From a virus (Duplodnaviria > Caudoviricetes), in IMG/VR virus record IMGVR_UViG_3300046167_000476, positions 813-64,812 of that record: DNA of 64,000 bases, one strand, 5' to 3'. A program made the translations under genes and the position numbers. Shown here piece after piece: positions 61,992-64,000 of this stretch (positions are counted from its first letter, which is position 1; each line of letters begins with the position of its first letter). Below the pieces are notes generated by a model. That model saw nothing but the letters and a program-made list of their open reading frames with translations, was not told the DNA's origin and made no database searches.

Positions 61992-64000
61992 TAAAAAGGT
62001 TCAGGATCATTTACTTCTTCAAAATTAACACTAAATGTTTTTGTAACACTTAAGTTTGATGGGCTACCACCATCCTCTAGCTTTAGCTGAAAAGTTCCAT
62101 CACCTACAGATGTTTGATTAGTATTTATAACCGATACACCATCTGTTGTATCTATCTCAAAACTACCAGCACCAGATTGTGCACTTATTGAAAATATTAA
62201 ATTATCTGTTGATTTACCACCAGCTGGGTTCGAACCGTTTACACCTGTTGCTTTACCGGTAGGTGTACCACCTACTAAAGGTACGTCTCTAGCGCCTTTA
62301 GATAACATTATAGTGTCATTATTGTTGTTGCTTATAATAGGAACTATATTTGTTAATGATTGATTTAGTTTAGAAACATTGCTTGTTGCATCTCCATCGC
62401 TTATAACGACTGAAAAAACAAAATTAAAAATATTCTTAAGGCTGTTGGTGTCGTAGTAAAAATACTCGCCATCTGCTGTTTTCACCTTAAAAGAGTTATT
62501 AGTTGATGAACCGGCATTTCTAATTAGGTTGAATCTTGAAGTAACATCTTCGTTAGCGCTGTTAGTTACACTCATCGTAGCACTGTATATACCTGAAATG
62601 CTACCACCTAGAACATCTTGAAACGCAAAATCACCTGTTATATCTTGCTCATCACTCATGTTTTCTGAGTGGTTATAGATCCATCCAGATATAAGAGCTG
62701 CTTGAGTACTACCTTGATTTATAGCTTGATTTAACTCGGATACTAAACCAGAGGTTGAAGTCTCCCAGTATATATCAAGTCTAGATGTCACTGGTTTTGT
62801 TTCTAGTATAGACAAATTGTCAAACTTAGTGTAAACCCAGCTATTAGTATAAGCACTGTTTATTGCGCCAAACTGATTATCAGAGTCTTGAGACGTTATT
62901 AGTTCCGCTATAAATGGATTAGATTCCGATCTATAAAACGCATAATAAGGATTGTTACTGTTTGTAACTGGAGGTGCTGTACCTGTGGCATCAAAATCTG
63001 CAACGTCAAATAAATCAAATAAATTTTCTATAGTGTTTGTTGTAAAAGATTTTCTACCTGGAAAATATTGTGCATTTTTTCCTGGATATGTTCCTGGATT
63101 AAATGTAGGATCTGCTAAATCTACCCTACCAAAAAGTACTACAGAACTTCTAAACTGCTTATCTTGAGGTCCCACCTCAGTTAAATCTCTAGGTATTTTA
63201 TTTATATTATCATTTATAAGTGTTATAAACGATGCGTTTTGTTCACTTGGATTAGAATCTGAAATAGGGTTTGAACTATTAGCTAAATAATTAGGCATCC
63301 CTTTCATAGCACTAGGAGCATACACATTATAGTACTCTTGCTCGTTTTGTTTTATAACTATCTTGTAAGAATACCAACCAAGTGGATTATAATCCGGGCT
63401 AGTAGCATTACCATTGTAAAGACCAGGCTCGCCGTTTGCTTCGTTTTTATCAAAACCAACACCACTAAACACTGCATTAAACTTTGTTTTTATAGAATTA
63501 CCAAGAAAAGTTATAGAGTTATTAGTAGAATTATAAGGTAGATATACTGTATCAGATCCAAAACCAGAGCTTAAATTACTTGTATTGTTTGAAAGTATAA
63601 CTGTAGACTGTCTACCAAACTTATCTGCTAATACCACACCAACTTGATAATTTCTATTTTCTTTTACGTTATGGTTTGGATATTCTACTGTAGACTTAGC
63701 AGAGCCTGCTACGGAGGTAGATAGCTTATCACCAACAGAAACTTGATAATCTATAAAATTAGGTGGAGTATGTTTATTTTGGAAGTTGCTATAAACAACT
63801 CTATTGCTAATTATCTCTTGACCAAGCGCTTTGATAGGTATCTTGTCATAAACCCTTATTATTTCATCTGAAGGTAGTGTTTTGTAAGGTTTTTGAGAAG
63901 TATAGGTGTAAATATACGTAGATGAACTTCCGCCTATGCTAGAGACTGGTATGGTTTCTACAACTTGGACAACATTAGAATCAGACTCCTTGTATATAAT
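61991..64000 (-). CDS. Tail stabilisation/muzzle protein, central part; open to the window end
   Basis: 670 open codons; IIYKESD...KPYKTLP...RVYDKIP.KA..QE...NRVVYSN...YQVGVVLADKFGRQS. Confidence 0.7.
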   Translation of the reverse strand: MIYKESDSNVVQVVETIPVSSIGGSSSTYIYTYTSQKPYKTLPSDEIIRVYDKIPIKALGQEIISNRVVYSNFQNKHTPPNFIDYQVSVGDKLSTSVAGSAKSTVEYPNHNVKENRNYQVGVVLADKFGRQSTVILSNNTSNLSSGFGSDTVYLPYNSTNNSITFLGNSIKTKFNAVFSGVGFDKNEANGEPGLYNGNATSPDYNPLGWYSYKIVIKQNEQEYYNVYAPSAMKGMPNYLANSSNPISDSNPSEQNASFITLINDNINKIPRDLTEVGPQDKQFRSSVVLFGRVDLADPTFNPGTYPGKNAQYFPGRKSFTTNTIENLFDLFDVADFDATGTAPPVTNSNNPYYAFYRSESNPFIAELITSQDSDNQFGAINSAYTNSWVYTKFDNLSILETKPVTSRLDIYWETSTSGLVSELNQAINQGSTQAALISGWIYNHSENMSDEQDITGDFAFQDVLGGSISGIYSATMSVTNSANEDVTSRFNLIRNAGSSTNNSFKVKTADGEYFYYDTNSLKNIFNFVFSVVISDGDATSNVSKLNQSLTNIVPIISNNNNDTIMLSKGARDVPLVGGTPTGKATGVNGSNPAGGKSTDNLIFSISAQSGAGSFEIDTTDGVSVINTNQTSVGDGTFQLKLEDGGSPSNLSVTKTFSVNFEEVNDPEPF

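Noticed and set aside
3328-63541. Many antisense or alternative-frame ORFs in the track (e.g. 3328-3594, 14547-14954, 17001-17375, 47184-47651, 59852-60355, 30071-30313)
   Set aside because: They are shadows of well-supported genes or span regulatory DNA, and have no motifs or plausible leaders.
1-64000. Stop-codon reassignment as in some crAss-like phages
   Set aside because: Long genes are open under the standard code, and the breaks are frame changes rather than in-frame TAG or TGA.

Overview
The window is most of one AT-rich lytic podovirus genome, probably infecting marine Bacteroidota/Flavobacteriia. The host call rests on the lack of Shine-Dalgarno sequences, A/T-rich leaders, GNVGIGT-repeat tail fibres and a crAss/Cellulophaga-phage-like structural module. 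Both window ends fall inside what looks like the same tail-stabilisation (muzzle) gene, so the circularly permuted genome may be only slightly larger than 64 kb. The minus strand (1-30 kb and 48.2-64 kb) holds the morphogenesis genes: TerS/TerL, portal, scaffold, capsid, ring proteins, GroEL, GroES, a second tandem-GroES protein, holin, M15 endolysin, two giant tail fibres, a GNAT and ejection proteins. The plus strand (30.3-48 kb) holds small early genes, ligase, a DenV-like glycosylase, an HTH protein, a sigma70-family factor, ERF/RecE/SSB, a primase-helicase, a dCMP-hydroxymethylase-like TS, two MazG-type NTP-PPases, endonuclease I and a class I RNR. No DNA polymerase or RNA polymerase is recognisable. 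Many genes are broken by single-base indels that look like sequencing errors. Main observations: (1) two strictly spaced promoter-like motif families, early TTACAAACAAAA-N12-TGGATAATA (5 copies) and late RTAAW-N15-GTRAKWMTW (7 copies); (2) two candidate sigma factors that could read them, one being a sigma region-2-like segment inside the ~2900-aa putative ejection protein, which also has HExxH and HAD domains; (3) three 46-47 bp operator-like palindromes, one covering the start codon of the HTH gene; (4) a candidate structured ncRNA; (5) an 82-aa module copied into two different tail proteins. All family assignments come from motif recognition by eye, not database searches.
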